Shown here piece after piece: positions 30,101 to 40,817 of a stretch of DNA of 64,000 nt. The notes under the pieces were generated by a model that had not been told where the DNA came from, searched no databases, and saw nothing but the letters and a program-made list of their open reading frames with translations. The stretch spans positions 160,001 to 224,000 of the forward strand of contig CBDDDZ010000002.1 in NCBI GenBank assembly GCA_965226795.1, read 5' to 3'. Both the position numbers and the translations under genes were made by a program. The stretch comes from Candidatus Latescibacterota bacterium (GTDB lineage: Bacteria > Latescibacterota > UBA2968 > GCA-2709665). Within the stretch, counting starts at the first letter, position 1. Every line of letters starts with the position of its first letter.

Positions 30101-30421
30101 GCCGTGCTCGCGGCGGAGGTCATTGACGGACACGTGTTTGCGGGCGCGTCGAACGGCTTTGTGCAGTGTTTCAACGCGGCAGGCAGCCGGTTGTGGCGCC
30201 GGTTTCTGGCCGCGCCGGTGGCCGGCCTGGCGCCGAATGAGAATGGCGGGTGTCTGGCGGTCCTGCGCGACGGGACAGTGGTTCGCCTGGACGGTTCGGG
30301 CGAGGTCGAGACCATCAACGCCGGCAAAACGGACGCCACTGCGGTGCAGTGGGCATCTCGATGGCCGGGGCGGGGCCTACTGATGGGCGGGACGGACGGT
30401 TCGCTCGAGTTCTACCGGTAG
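27107..30421 (+). CDS. Heparinase II/III-like lyase + FG-GAP/PQQ beta-propeller protein (paralog 1)
   Basis: RQNH, FDKVYFRSGW...LLLDG..GGSHSYQDGN; C-terminal GDIDGDGREEILVG repeats; GGAGG RBS. Confidence 0.7.
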   Translation: MAFSHAIHETDLRKGVCISAPAAGPYQDAAGRLKVTLEDTLSGQVEVLPDGELDAGGRHVIALGNMMDSAFLRTLYFRAYDLTDRVWPGPGGWVVRTAPHSLAGVGHVVVAGVSSAEDIHGAAGALAGAIAENGAILPFHYEVHPGRWSDHYVTPANELMSKSNRDIEQESIGGGSGDWTYMMVVADIGMLAVQTGNEALMSMFCHQICHFARTRWFERKLEDPTLIHGFIRVLLLPFSILENHPSLPSAQREETLEALLGLFRSAEGAGNTGLLNCVGVDRVRQNHQTRSALDLFYGGRYFHQVHGLAEGLAWMKLAEVFFAPQMESNKPVCDSWGHQWGASLFNTADYALASGKTGYFSSVPYLEGVDRALVAHSNLERGPEQYCRMAAAVTGNDEYLQLCESIDEDAVAERTIRGAEEPLRTWVTGRRAAAPERLGRVGVAPLSRLFYDSIEDYTTFAPENGVYLRNLPYERTFDKVYFRSGWTDQDDYLLLDGISGGSHSYQDGNCIVRYTSRGASWFKSSGGNAPATVRDYTGVSVSVDGAGPGCESRYAALRYLEEGESLSVAGTSMTYPEQGDWYRHIVSSRDGWFLVVDEVWPAVSGEFLVECRWHLPGDATLSGGLLRSVQGDAQLSMRHVGSGRQELVASDYWCVEDHSRWIQRSVATLQPGTGIRFGTLFWSDPVSGGRDFSLVEEKAGFRIEGGGEPVAVVLAETIETPVVTASVATLPTAGRNVDASDSTPFRIAGGEAGPVWRTRCVNAVTALDIGMDRGFGGDGGGVTAFNPDGGVLWKREIEGGVRALAALSDGGAAAGGDGETVHRLDASGDTVWSYRIRWQPMNWDSWSRKNCVVLSLATGDIDGDGREEILVGCADRHVYAFEAEGNLLWRSPCQWGPPVCLETARLTEGTEQQTLAGLADPAIHAHTLVFGKDGKLSRTLQRPDIVSWSIPSWSRCLRVADVDGDGRDEVISGVDTNHRQLIVYGRDGEVVWDADLGGAVLAAEVIDGHVFAGASNGFVQCFNAAGSRLWRRFLAAPVAGLAPNENGGCLAVLRDGTVVRLDGSGEVETINAGKTDATAVQWASRWPGRGLLMGGTDGSLEFYR

Positions 30422-30557
30422 GCGTCCGCGACCGGAACAGCGATGGAACGCGAGACCCGCATCGGACAACGTGGTCAAGAGTCGGTGCAGGTACAGGGGT
30501 TGGATTTGTGCGCCTTTACAAATGGAATGGTTTCAGGTTCGTAGAGAGGATATCGAC

Positions 30558-33500
30558 ATGACGTTCTGCAAACCGATTCACGAGACGGATCTGACTTTGG
30601 GCGTCTGCATATCGGCGCCGGAGACAGGGCCGTATCGGGCTGCGGCGGAAGGATTGAAGGCCGTCCTGGAAGGGACGGTCCCGGGTAGCGTGGAGATTCT
30701 GCCGGACGCCCGTCTCGACGCGGGCGGACGCCACGTGATCGCACTGGGCAATATGATGGACAGCGCGTTCCTGAGAACGCTGTATTTCCGGGCGTACGAT
30801 CTGACGGACCGGGTCTGGCCGGGTCCCGGCGGATGGGCGATCCGTACTACACCGCACTCCCTGGAGGACGTGGGGCACGTGATCGTGGTTGGGGTGAGCG
30901 AGGCGGATGACGTTTCCCAGGCGGCGGATGCGCTGTGCAGTACGATCGGGGCCGAGGGAACCGCGCTACCGTATCAGCATCGGGTGAACCTGGGGAAATG
31001 GGCGGATCTGTACATGAAACCGGCGCAAGAGCGGCTGAACGTGGGCGACGAAGCGCTGGAGCGGGAGTTCACGAGCGGTCCGGGAGACTGGACCTACATG
31101 TGGGCCATATCGGAGATCGGGATGCTGGCCGTGCAGACCGGCATGGAGGCTCTGATACAGATGTTCTGCCGGCAGGTCTGCAACTTTGCGCGCACGCGGT
31201 GGTTCGAACGCCACCTGCCGGACCCGCCCCAGATCCACGGGTTCCTGAGGACCATGCTGCTTCCGTTCACCGTTTTGGATAACCATCCCGGCCTTCCCGG
31301 CGATCAGCGAGAGGAGACGCTCGAGGCGTTTCTGGGGCTATACCGGTCCACGGAGGGCGCCGGAAATCGCGGATTCCTGAGCCACGTGGGGGTGGACGGG
31401 GTGCGGCAGAACCATCAGACGATGTCGGGGCTGGATCTGTTTTATGGGGGCCGGTATTTCCACCAGGTGCATCAATTGGCGGAGGGTCGGGCATGGATGA
31501 AGCTGTCCGACGTGTTTTTCGAGCCTCAGATGACGTCGAACAAGCCGGTCTGCGATTCGTGGGGGCACCAGTGGGCGTTTTCGCTCTTCAATACCGCCGA
31601 TTATGCGCTGGCTTCGGGAAAGATGGACTATTTCTCCAGCAAACCGTATCTGGAAGGCGTGGACCGGGCGTTGATCGCGCACAGCAACCTCGAAGGCGGG
31701 CCGCAGCAGTATATGTTGATGGCCGCGGCGGTGACGGGGAACGACGAATACCTCCAGCACTGCGGGACCCGGGATGACGACACCCTGGCGGAGAAGGCCG
31801 TGCGGCAAAACGTGGAACCGTTCCGTACCTGGGTGACGGGACGGAACGCCGCAGAGCCGGAGCGGATGGGGCGTGTTGGGGTGGCTCCGCTCTCGCAACT
31901 GTTCTACGATTCTATTGAGGATATCGGAGGATTCGCCCCCGAGGGGGTGTACCTGCGTGACGTGCCATTCGAACAGGCGTTCGACAAGGTGTATTTCCGT
32001 TCGGGCTGGGCGGATGACGACGACTATCTGCTGCTTTGCGGAATTTCGGGGGGATCCCATTCCTACCAGGACGGAAACTGCATTGTGCGGTATACCGGCC
32101 GTGGGCGGAACTGGTTCGGGGGGCGCGTGGGTCCGGCGTCGGTAAGGGATCACAACGGGGTGAGTATCGCGGTTGACGGTGCGGGGCCTGGCTGTGAATC
32201 CCGGTATGCGGCGCTGCGATACCTCGAGGAAGGAGAACGCCTGTGCGTGGCGGGCACGTCGATGAAGTCTCCCGGCCAGGCGGACTGGTATCGCCATATC
32301 GTGCATGGCAAAGCGGGATGGTTTCTGGTCATCGACGAAGTCTGGGCGAAGGCTGATGGCGAGTACCTGGTTGAGGATCGCTGGCACGTTTACGGGGACG
32401 TGGAAATGGCGGATGGGGCGCTGCGTGCGGTCCAGGGTGATGCGCGGCTACAGATGCGGCATACGGGAAGCGGGTGTCAGGAACTGATTCCGGTCTCGTC
32501 CGCCCTGGCGGAGGAAGGGACGCGGTGGGTGCAGCGCTCGCTGAAAGGACTTCGTTCCGGCGAAGGGGTAAGATTCGCCACCCTGTTCTGGAGCGACGAA
32601 ATTGCACATCCCCGGACGTATGCGCTGAATACGGAAGCGTCGGGATACCGGATTGAAGGCGAAGGGTCTGCCGCAACCGTCTCCCTTTCTGCCGAATGTG
32701 CCGTGGTCGAGGTAAGGGACGACGCGGCGATCCTTCCCACGAAGGGAACCACCTGGACGCGTCGGACGCCGGCCCGTTCATTGGCGAAGGGGGAGAGGCG
32801 AAGCCGGCCTGGCGAGGTTCGTGCGGCGCAGCCGTTACGGCGATGGATGCGTGGGAAGGAGGCTGCTTCGCGGGCGACGATAGCGGAGGCATCACGGCAT
32901 TCGACCGTAACGGCGGGATACGATGGAAGCATGCAATTTCGGGAGGGGTCCGAACGGTCCTTGCCCTCCCGGACGGAGGCGTGGTTGCCGGCGGGGAGGC
33001 CGAGGCGGTGCACCGGCTGGACGGGTCGGGCAGGGAGGTGTGGTCGTATCAGCTCGAGTGGCAGCCGATGAACTGGGACTACTGGACGTGGCTGAACTGC
33101 AAGGTGCTGAGCCTGGCGGCCGGAGATATCGACGGGGATGGCAGGCAGGAGATTCTGGCCGGATGCGCGGACCGTCACGTCTACGCGTTCGACGAGGGCG
33201 GCGGTTTGATGTGGCGTTCCGCCTGCCAGTGGGGTCCTCCCACGTGCCTGGCGGTGGCGCGGCTGCGGGACGGGCGCGGCCGGCAAGTGCTGGCCGGTAT
33301 GGCGGACCCGTCGATTCACGGCTGTGTCCGGGTGTTCGAGTCTGACGGAACGTGTACACAGACGCTGTCGCGGCCGGATGTCATGAGTTGGTCCATTCCG
33401 TCGTGGTCGAAGTGTATTCGTGCGGCGGATCTGAACGGGGATGGCCGCGACGAAGTGCTCAGCGGCGTGGATACGAATCACAGGCAGTTGATTGTCTATG

Positions 33501-33850
33501 GCGGGGATGGGCAGGTGTTGTGGGATGCGGACGTGGGGGGTGCGGTGCTGTCGGTGGCGGTTGCCGATGGGAGGGTGTATGCGGGCGCTTCGAACGGGTA
33601 CGTGCAGTGTTTCGAGGCAGGTGGGCGGCGGCTGTGGTACCGGTTTCTGGCGGCGCCGGTGGTGGGACTGTCGCCCGGGCGCGAAGGTAAATGTCTTGTC
33701 GCCCTTGGGGATGGGAGGGTAGTGGGTCTGGATGAAAACGGAGAGATAAGCTGGTCGGGTGGAGGAACCGCAGCCACCTCGGCGGCGGCGTGGCCGGACG
33801 GCGGGCTGGTGGTGGGCAAGAGGGACGGAACGGTGGCATGCTTTGTTTAG
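30558..33850 (+). pseudogene. Paralog 2, split by a 1-bp deletion
   Basis: ACCACCTGG at about 32748 versus ACCACCCTGG in paralog 3; the propeller continues in ORF 32696-33850. Confidence 0.8.
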
Positions 33851-33887
33851 CATACTGAAAGCCGACAGATAATCGGAGGATTGAGAG

Positions 33888-36800
33888 ATGGCCTTTACCG
33901 ATCCGATCCATGAAACAGATTTGTCTTCTGGCATCTGTGTTGTCTCGCCTTCCACCGAGCCTTATCGCATGGCGGCCGAGCGCCTGAGAACGGTCCTGGA
34001 GGAGGTGCTCCCGTCTACAGTTGACGTTCTGTCGGACGAGGGGGGTGAGATCGGCGGACGCCATGTGATTGCGCTGGGGAATATGATGGACAGCGCGCTT
34101 TTGCGAACGCTATATTTCCGGGCGTACGATCTGACAGACCGCGTGTGGCCGGGGCCCGGAGGGTGGGCGATCCGGACGGCGCCTTGTTCCGTGGAGGGTG
34201 TGGGGCACGTGATTGTGATGGGGGTGAGCCGGGCGGAGGATGTGTCTGAGGCGGCGGACGCACTGGCGGCGGTGATCGAGGCAAATGGACCTGTGTTGCC
34301 CTTTCAGTATCGTGCAAAGCCGGGGAAGTGGGCGGACTTGTATCTGGTACCGGCGCGGGAGCGGCTGGAGGCGGGCGATGCCGATCTGGAGCGAGAGTAT
34401 ACCAGCGGGGCGGGTGACTGGGACTATATGAGCGCTATTGCTACAATTGGTATGCTGGCGGTGCGTACCGGTATGGAGGCGTTGATGGCGATGTTCTGCA
34501 GACAGGTCTGCCATTTCGCCCGCACGCGGTGGTTTGAGCGAGACCTGCCGGACCCGCCGCAGATCCACGGGTTTCTGAGGACGTTGCTGCTGCCGTTTAC
34601 GATCCTGGAGAACCACCCGTGCATTCCGAAAGAACAGCGGGAGGAGACGCTGGAGGCCTTCCTGGGGCTTTACCGGTCCTCGGAGGGCGCCGGAAATACC
34701 GGTTTTTTGAGCCATGTGGGTGTGGATCGGGTGCGGCAGAATCACCAGACCCGGTCGGCACTGGACCTCTTTTACGGGGGCCGCTACTTTCACCAGGTGC
34801 ACGGGCTGGCCGAAGGTCTTGGGTGGATGAAACTGGCGGAGGTGTTTTTTGCTCCTCAGATGACGTCGAACAAGCCGGTGTGTGACTCGTGGGGTCACCA
34901 GTGGACCGCCTCGCTCTTCAACACGGCAGACTATGCGCTGGCTTCGGGGAAGGCGGACTATCTTTCGAGCAAGCCGTACCTGGAGGGTGTGGATCGGGCG
35001 CTGGTTGCGCACAGCAACCTGGAAGGAGGGCCTCGGCAGTATCTGTTGATGGCCTCGGCGGTGACGGGTAACGACGAATATCTGCATTTCTGCGGTGTGT
35101 CGGACGAAGATGCGTTGGCCGAGCGAGCGATAGGAGGACGGGAAGAGCCGCTTCGCACGTGGGTGACGGGGCGAGAGGCGGCAACGCCCGAGAGATTGGG
35201 GCGTGTGGGCGTGGCCCCGCTCTCGCGACTGTTCTACGATTCGCTGGAGGATTTCGGAGGACTCGCCCCCAAGGGCGTGTATCAACGTGACGTGCCGTTC
35301 GAACAGACGTTCGACAAGATCTATTTCCGTTCCGGCTGGACGGATGACGACGACTATCTGCTGCTTTGCGGAATCTCGGGCGGCTCCCATTCCTATCAGG
35401 ACGGAAACTGTATCGTACGGTATACCGGTCGCGGTCGGAACTGGTTCGGGGGGCGCGTGGGTCCGGCGTCGGTACGGGATCACAACGGGGTGAGTATCGC
35501 GGTTGACGGCGCGGGGCCTGGCTGTGAATCCCGGTATGCGGCGCTGCGATACCTCGAGGAAGGAGAACGCCTGTCCGTGGCGGGCACGTCGATGAAGTCT
35601 CCAGGCCAGGCGGACTGGTATCGTCATATCGTGCACGGCAAAGCGGGATGGTTTCTGGTTATCGACGAGGTATGGGCGCAGGCGGAAGGCGAGTACCTGG
35701 TTGAGGGTCGTTGGCACGTTTACGGGGAAGTGGAAATGGCGGATGGGGCGTTGCGTGCGGTCCACGGCAATGCGCGGCTCGAGATGCGGCATACCGGAAG
35801 CGGGTGTCAGGAACTGATTCCGGTCTCGTCCGCCCTGGCGAAGGAGGGGACGCGGTGGGTGCAGCGCTCGCTAGTAACCCTCCGGTCCGGCGAAGGGGTG
35901 AGATTCGCCACCCTGTTCTGGAGCGACGAACAGACGCATCCCCGGATGTATGCCCTGAATCCGGTAGCGTCGGGCTACCGCGTTGAAGGCGAAGGGACTG
36001 CCGCAACCGTCTCCCTTTCCGGCGAGTGTGCCGTGGTCGAGGTAAGGGAGGACGCGGCGATCCTTCCCACGAAGGGAACCACCCTGGACGGATCTGATGC
36101 CGGACCGTTCGTTACCGAACGGGGAGCGGCGAAGCCGGCCTGGCGAGGATCGTGCGGCGCAGCCGTTACGGCGATGGATGCGTGGGAGGAAGGCTGCTTC
36201 GCGGGCGACGATAGTGGAGGCATCACGGCGTTCGACCGCAACGGCGGGATACGATGGAAGCACGCAGTTTCGGGGGGCATCCGAACGATCCTTGCCCTCC
36301 CGGACGGAGGCGTGGTGGCCGGCGGGGAGGCCGAGGCGGTGCATCGGCTGGACGGGTCAGGCAGGGAGGTGTGGTCGTATCAACTCGAGTGGCAGCCGAT
36401 GAACTGGGACTACTGGACGTGGCTGAACTGCAAGGTCCTGAGCCTGGCGGTTGGAGATATCGACGGTGACGGCAGGCAGGAAATTCTGGCCGGATGCGCG
36501 GACCGTCACGTCTACGCGTTCGACGGGGGCGGCGCGTTGATGTGGCGCTCCGCGTGCCAGTGGGGTCCGCCCACGTGCCTGGCGGTGGCGAAGCTGCGGG
36601 ACAGGGAGGACCGACAGGTGCTGGCCGGTATGGCGGATCCGTCGATTCACGGCTGCGTCCGGGTGTTCGAGTCCGACGGGACGTGCACACAGACGCTGTC
36701 GCGGCCCGATATCATGAGCTGGTCGATACCGTCGTGGTCGAAGTGTATTCGCGCGGTGGACCTGAATGGAGATGGCCGCGACGAAGTGCTCAGCGGCGTG

Positions 36801-37181
36801 GACACGAATCACAGGCAGTTGATTGTGTACGGCGGGAAGGGCGAGGTGTTGTGGGATGCGGACGTGGGGGGTGCGGTGCTGTCGGTGGCGGTTGCCGATG
36901 GGAGGGTGTATGCGGGCGCTTCGAACGGGTACGTGCAGTGTTTTGAGAATGATGGCACACGGTTGTGGCGCTGTTTCCTGGCCGCGCCCGTGATTGGTCT
37001 GTCGCCTGGTAGCGGGGGCGAGTGCATTGTGGCCCTTGGGGACGGGAAGGTGGCGGGTCTGGGTGGCAACGGTGAGAAAAGGTGGTCGTGTGAAGGAACC
37101 ACAGCCACAGCGGCGTCGACGTGGCCGGTGGGCGGGCTGTTGGTGGGACGGCGGGACGGATCGGTGGAATGCTTTTTCTAG
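33888..37181 (+). CDS. Lyase-like + beta-propeller protein (paralog 3)
   Basis: Same motifs as paralog 1; near-identical to paralog 2 in the 3' half. Confidence 0.7.
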   Translation: MAFTDPIHETDLSSGICVVSPSTEPYRMAAERLRTVLEEVLPSTVDVLSDEGGEIGGRHVIALGNMMDSALLRTLYFRAYDLTDRVWPGPGGWAIRTAPCSVEGVGHVIVMGVSRAEDVSEAADALAAVIEANGPVLPFQYRAKPGKWADLYLVPARERLEAGDADLEREYTSGAGDWDYMSAIATIGMLAVRTGMEALMAMFCRQVCHFARTRWFERDLPDPPQIHGFLRTLLLPFTILENHPCIPKEQREETLEAFLGLYRSSEGAGNTGFLSHVGVDRVRQNHQTRSALDLFYGGRYFHQVHGLAEGLGWMKLAEVFFAPQMTSNKPVCDSWGHQWTASLFNTADYALASGKADYLSSKPYLEGVDRALVAHSNLEGGPRQYLLMASAVTGNDEYLHFCGVSDEDALAERAIGGREEPLRTWVTGREAATPERLGRVGVAPLSRLFYDSLEDFGGLAPKGVYQRDVPFEQTFDKIYFRSGWTDDDDYLLLCGISGGSHSYQDGNCIVRYTGRGRNWFGGRVGPASVRDHNGVSIAVDGAGPGCESRYAALRYLEEGERLSVAGTSMKSPGQADWYRHIVHGKAGWFLVIDEVWAQAEGEYLVEGRWHVYGEVEMADGALRAVHGNARLEMRHTGSGCQELIPVSSALAKEGTRWVQRSLVTLRSGEGVRFATLFWSDEQTHPRMYALNPVASGYRVEGEGTAATVSLSGECAVVEVREDAAILPTKGTTLDGSDAGPFVTERGAAKPAWRGSCGAAVTAMDAWEEGCFAGDDSGGITAFDRNGGIRWKHAVSGGIRTILALPDGGVVAGGEAEAVHRLDGSGREVWSYQLEWQPMNWDYWTWLNCKVLSLAVGDIDGDGRQEILAGCADRHVYAFDGGGALMWRSACQWGPPTCLAVAKLRDREDRQVLAGMADPSIHGCVRVFESDGTCTQTLSRPDIMSWSIPSWSKCIRAVDLNGDGRDEVLSGVDTNHRQLIVYGGKGEVLWDADVGGAVLSVAVADGRVYAGASNGYVQCFENDGTRLWRCFLAAPVIGLSPGSGGECIVALGDGKVAGLGGNGEKRWSCEGTTATAASTWPVGGLLVGRRDGSVECFF

Positions 37182-37207
37182 AACTTCGGCTCTGCCGAAA
37201 GGAGCTA

Positions 37208-37235
37208 CCGGGAGTGAGGGCATCCTGCCCTCACT
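37208..37235 (+). repeat. REP hairpin variant
   Basis: CCGGG-AGTGAGGGCA-TCC-TGCCCTCACT. Confidence 0.8.
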
Positions 37236-37367
37236 ATGCCCGCGTCCCATATTCAGCAGGTTGGCCTCAATCTCGAATTTCCATTGACACCGGGGAGCGC
37301 GTCAGACCCAAAAGGCGGCTCGCCGCGGGCCTGAAACGAATCAAAGCGCCATAGGAGGGCGACTGGC

Positions 37368-40300
37368 ATGGTAATCGAACGTCCACGCGCGCTCGTACCG
37401 GAAACACCTCTGCATGCGGGGAAACGGGTCACGGTGGCGGCGCCACGGTCCGAGCACGGCCGAACGGCCGCAAGACGCATCCACCGCGCGCTGCGGGATC
37501 TGAAGGCCCCTGTCGAACTTCTGGATGATCCGGCCGGCGACGTGCTGACGGGGGCGGACGGACCTGTGATCGTCGTCGGAAACCTGGCGGACAGCCGGAG
37601 CGTGCGGGAACTCTACTTTCGCTTCATGTGTGCGACGGATCTGTGGTACCCTGGCCCCGGGGGGTTCGAACTGCGCACGCTGTGCGACCCGTTCGGGACG
37701 GGTCATAATGTCATCCAGGCCGGATACAGCGACGCCGCGGGCGCAAACGCGGCGGCAGAAGCGTTCTGTTCGCGCCTGGACGACCCGATCCCGCACCTGG
37801 CGGCCCTTGAGGTGACGCGGCTGCCGCTCTCGCCCACGGAGACCAGGCAGGTCCGGTCGGAGCCGCTTCTCCCGGCGGCATGGCAGATCGCGAATACGAT
37901 GCAGGGAGATCTGAAGGGTTATCTCTACTATCTGACGGGAGACCCGCAACTCGGAGAGGAATACCGCCGTGCGTGGGAGGCGGTGGTCGAGAGTGGATAC
38001 GAGAAGTCCGAAAAGATCGTCCAGGCGCACCTCTACAGCCTGAGCCGGCTGCAGCCCTGGCGACTGGTTGAGCACATGAACCTGTTCAGCGAGGCGGAAC
38101 GTCTTGCCATTACACGTTTCATCTACGGCTGGGCGGAAAGCAGAGAGGGATGGCATCACGTCGCGCACTGTCCCCGCGTGGTGAGTATGCACGTGCCCAG
38201 GCAGAACCACGAACTCATCCCGGCCCTGGCGCTGGCGTACGCGGCGGCGTATTTCCGGACGTACTTCCCGGAACTTCCCGGTCCGGAGCAGTGGGAGCAG
38301 GCCGCCCGGCGGGCGTATGCTCCCTACGGGCCGTCCTGGAAACCGCTGTGCGACGGACTCTGCCACGGATGGTGGATGTCGCAGCCGGTGATGGTGGAGT
38401 ACGGGCTGAATGACCCGGACCACGGATATTTCGAGCAGGGAGGCGCCAGACAGGCGGCTGACGCGGCGATGGCCGTGGTGAACAACGAGGGATGGCTTCC
38501 GTCGGCTGGAGACAGCGACCTGAAACGGCAGTTTCCCGGTCCCAGCCTGCGGGCGGCGGCGGCCTGGTTCAACGACGGGCGATACCGGTTCGTCCACGAC
38601 CTCGCGCCGCCCGACCGACGGCTGGTCAGCCTGACGTCGCTGCCGCGGGCGTTCGACGCCGGCGTGGTCCCGAGGGTGCCGGATGATCGTACGGGTGTGA
38701 CCGTTGTGCCGGTGGACCCGCTTCTGTACCATGCGTGGGAACGGGATCCGCATGGCGCGCCGGGAGTTGTGACCACGTCCCCATCCGCACCGATTGACCG
38801 GTGTTTCGACAAGCTCTCCGTGCGTACCGGCTGGGAGCCGGAGAAGGATTTTCTTCTGATCGACGGCCTGGGCGGCGGCAGCCACTCGTACGACGACGCG
38901 GGCGGCATTCTGGACTACGCCCGGCTGGGTCTCTCGCTGATCGTGCAGGAGGACAGCTTTGTGCACTCCGCGCCCGAACACATGTCGGTCGTGACGGTCG
39001 TGCGGGACGGGGAATCCGGCGAGATCCCTGGATTCGCGATTCTGGAGGCGAACGAAACCGACGCAGAGGGGAACGTGTACCTGCGAATCCGGTTGAAGGA
39101 CTACGCGGGTGCGGACTGGGTACGGGAAGTTCACCTGCGTCCGGGAAGCTGCGTTGTCTTCAACGATACGGTAATTGCCGGCGAGGCGGGCGACTATGCC
39201 GTGGAAGCCCGCTTCAGAACCCCCGCCCGTCTGGTTCTGGAAGGGCGGGAGGCGCGGTGCAAGAGACGGAGCCCGTCAGCCGGGGGCGTGACGTTTCGGA
39301 TCGAAAGCCCCTGCGAGGCCGCTTCGCTGGCGGTAGTGGAAGATCCTGTACATCTGCGGTACAAGAATGCGGAGGACCAGGAACTGTGGAGGGAGCGGTA
39401 CCATACCGACGATGTCGTGCTTTCGACGTTTGTCGCGCGCCGCGCCTTGCGCCTGGAAGCCGGGCAGGGCGTGCGTCTGACCCATGTCGCGCAGGTGTGC
39501 GGTCCGGGAGAAGCCCCGGTCCATCTTCAGGAGACGGGAGACGAGGTCCGCCTCTTGCAGGGCGAAACGTCGCAGCGGCTGGATGTGCTTTCCCTGCGGC
39601 CGCAAGCGGCGGAGCATTTGACTGGTAACGCTCGTTCGGAACTGGTCGGTATCACCCTGGTCTTCGACGCCGTGGATCGGGTCCGTGCAGTGCGCCCGCT
39701 GGCGGATGGATCGGTGGTGGTTGGCGCGGAAAGCGGCGTCGTAACCTTCCTGGATCCGGAAGTGCGGGCGGTCTGGTCCGCAGAGCTCGATGGACCGGTT
39801 TACGATATCGGCTCTGCGGAGGGAGACGAGACGCTTCTTGCCGTCGGGCATGGTGCGAGCAGGCTGACCGGACTGGATACCCGGGGCCGGCGGACCTGGC
39901 AGACGGACATCGAGCGGGAGCCCTGCCCGTGGCCATGGTGGGAACTGCCGACCCCGGCCCCTGTACAGGTGGAGGGCAGTATCTTCGAGGGGGCGGCCTT
40001 CTTTGCCGTGGGCTGCGGGGACATCCAGATCCGGGGTTTCGACGGTGCGGGCAGGGAGTTGTGGCGACAGCGCTACAACGAGGGCGTGCCCGGGCGTATC
40101 CGTGTGGCGGACGTGAACGGGTGCGGCGAACCGGAGATCGTCGCCGGGGGCGAGGTGCTCAGCGACACGTCCAAATGCCGCGTCCTGGATCCGCGCGGCA
40201 ATTTTCAGGCTCACCTTGACGTGGAGGGGTGGACGAGTATCCTGACGGCGCTGGCGTTTGACGCAACCGACGGGCGGCATTTAATCGGCTGCGGCGCAAA

Positions 40301-40691
40301 CCGGGGCCGGAACCTGCACGTGTTCGAACTGGATGAGGGAGGGGAATGGAAAAGGCGCTGGATGAAGCGGCTGGGCGGGAGGGTCACCGGCATCCGGTTT
40401 GCCGGGTCCGAGCGCCGCGTGATCGCAGGTACGAGCCAGGGATTCCTGCTCTGTTACGATCCGGACGGGAATCCGATCTGGCACCGGCTCTTCGAGCAGG
40501 GCATCCGGCACCTGGCGCCGTTGGGTAACGAGACACTTGTGATTGACAATCAGGGGAAACTCAGCACGGTCTTCGCGACGGGGAACGGTCGAACACTGGG
40601 CCGGATGCCGGGGCCCTGTTCCATCGCGGAGACTGACGGCGCGGGGGTACTCGTGGCGTGCGGGCGCGAAGTCTGGCGCGTTGAACCCTAG
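37368..40691 (+). CDS. Lyase-like + beta-propeller protein (paralog 4, divergent)
   Basis: VIVVGNL, YPGPGG, RQNHE, KPLCD, LPSAGDS, FDKLSVRTGW, GGSHSYDD. Confidence 0.65.
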   Translation: MVIERPRALVPETPLHAGKRVTVAAPRSEHGRTAARRIHRALRDLKAPVELLDDPAGDVLTGADGPVIVVGNLADSRSVRELYFRFMCATDLWYPGPGGFELRTLCDPFGTGHNVIQAGYSDAAGANAAAEAFCSRLDDPIPHLAALEVTRLPLSPTETRQVRSEPLLPAAWQIANTMQGDLKGYLYYLTGDPQLGEEYRRAWEAVVESGYEKSEKIVQAHLYSLSRLQPWRLVEHMNLFSEAERLAITRFIYGWAESREGWHHVAHCPRVVSMHVPRQNHELIPALALAYAAAYFRTYFPELPGPEQWEQAARRAYAPYGPSWKPLCDGLCHGWWMSQPVMVEYGLNDPDHGYFEQGGARQAADAAMAVVNNEGWLPSAGDSDLKRQFPGPSLRAAAAWFNDGRYRFVHDLAPPDRRLVSLTSLPRAFDAGVVPRVPDDRTGVTVVPVDPLLYHAWERDPHGAPGVVTTSPSAPIDRCFDKLSVRTGWEPEKDFLLIDGLGGGSHSYDDAGGILDYARLGLSLIVQEDSFVHSAPEHMSVVTVVRDGESGEIPGFAILEANETDAEGNVYLRIRLKDYAGADWVREVHLRPGSCVVFNDTVIAGEAGDYAVEARFRTPARLVLEGREARCKRRSPSAGGVTFRIESPCEAASLAVVEDPVHLRYKNAEDQELWRERYHTDDVVLSTFVARRALRLEAGQGVRLTHVAQVCGPGEAPVHLQETGDEVRLLQGETSQRLDVLSLRPQAAEHLTGNARSELVGITLVFDAVDRVRAVRPLADGSVVVGAESGVVTFLDPEVRAVWSAELDGPVYDIGSAEGDETLLAVGHGASRLTGLDTRGRRTWQTDIEREPCPWPWWELPTPAPVQVEGSIFEGAAFFAVGCGDIQIRGFDGAGRELWRQRYNEGVPGRIRVADVNGCGEPEIVAGGEVLSDTSKCRVLDPRGNFQAHLDVEGWTSILTALAFDATDGRHLIGCGANRGRNLHVFELDEGGEWKRRWMKRLGGRVTGIRFAGSERRVIAGTSQGFLLCYDPDGNPIWHRLFEQGIRHLAPLGNETLVIDNQGKLSTVFATGNGRTLGRMPGPCSIAETDGAGVLVACGREVWRVEP

Positions 40692-40817
40692 TTCCGTTCT
40701 CTATGGCGGCACGGACGCGGGCACGGTGAATCCATCCAGGCCGCCGAACTCGCGACCGCGCGCGGGATCTCCCGAGCCAATTCCAGAGCAATTTCGGCTC
40801 ATTTCACGGAGGGACGT

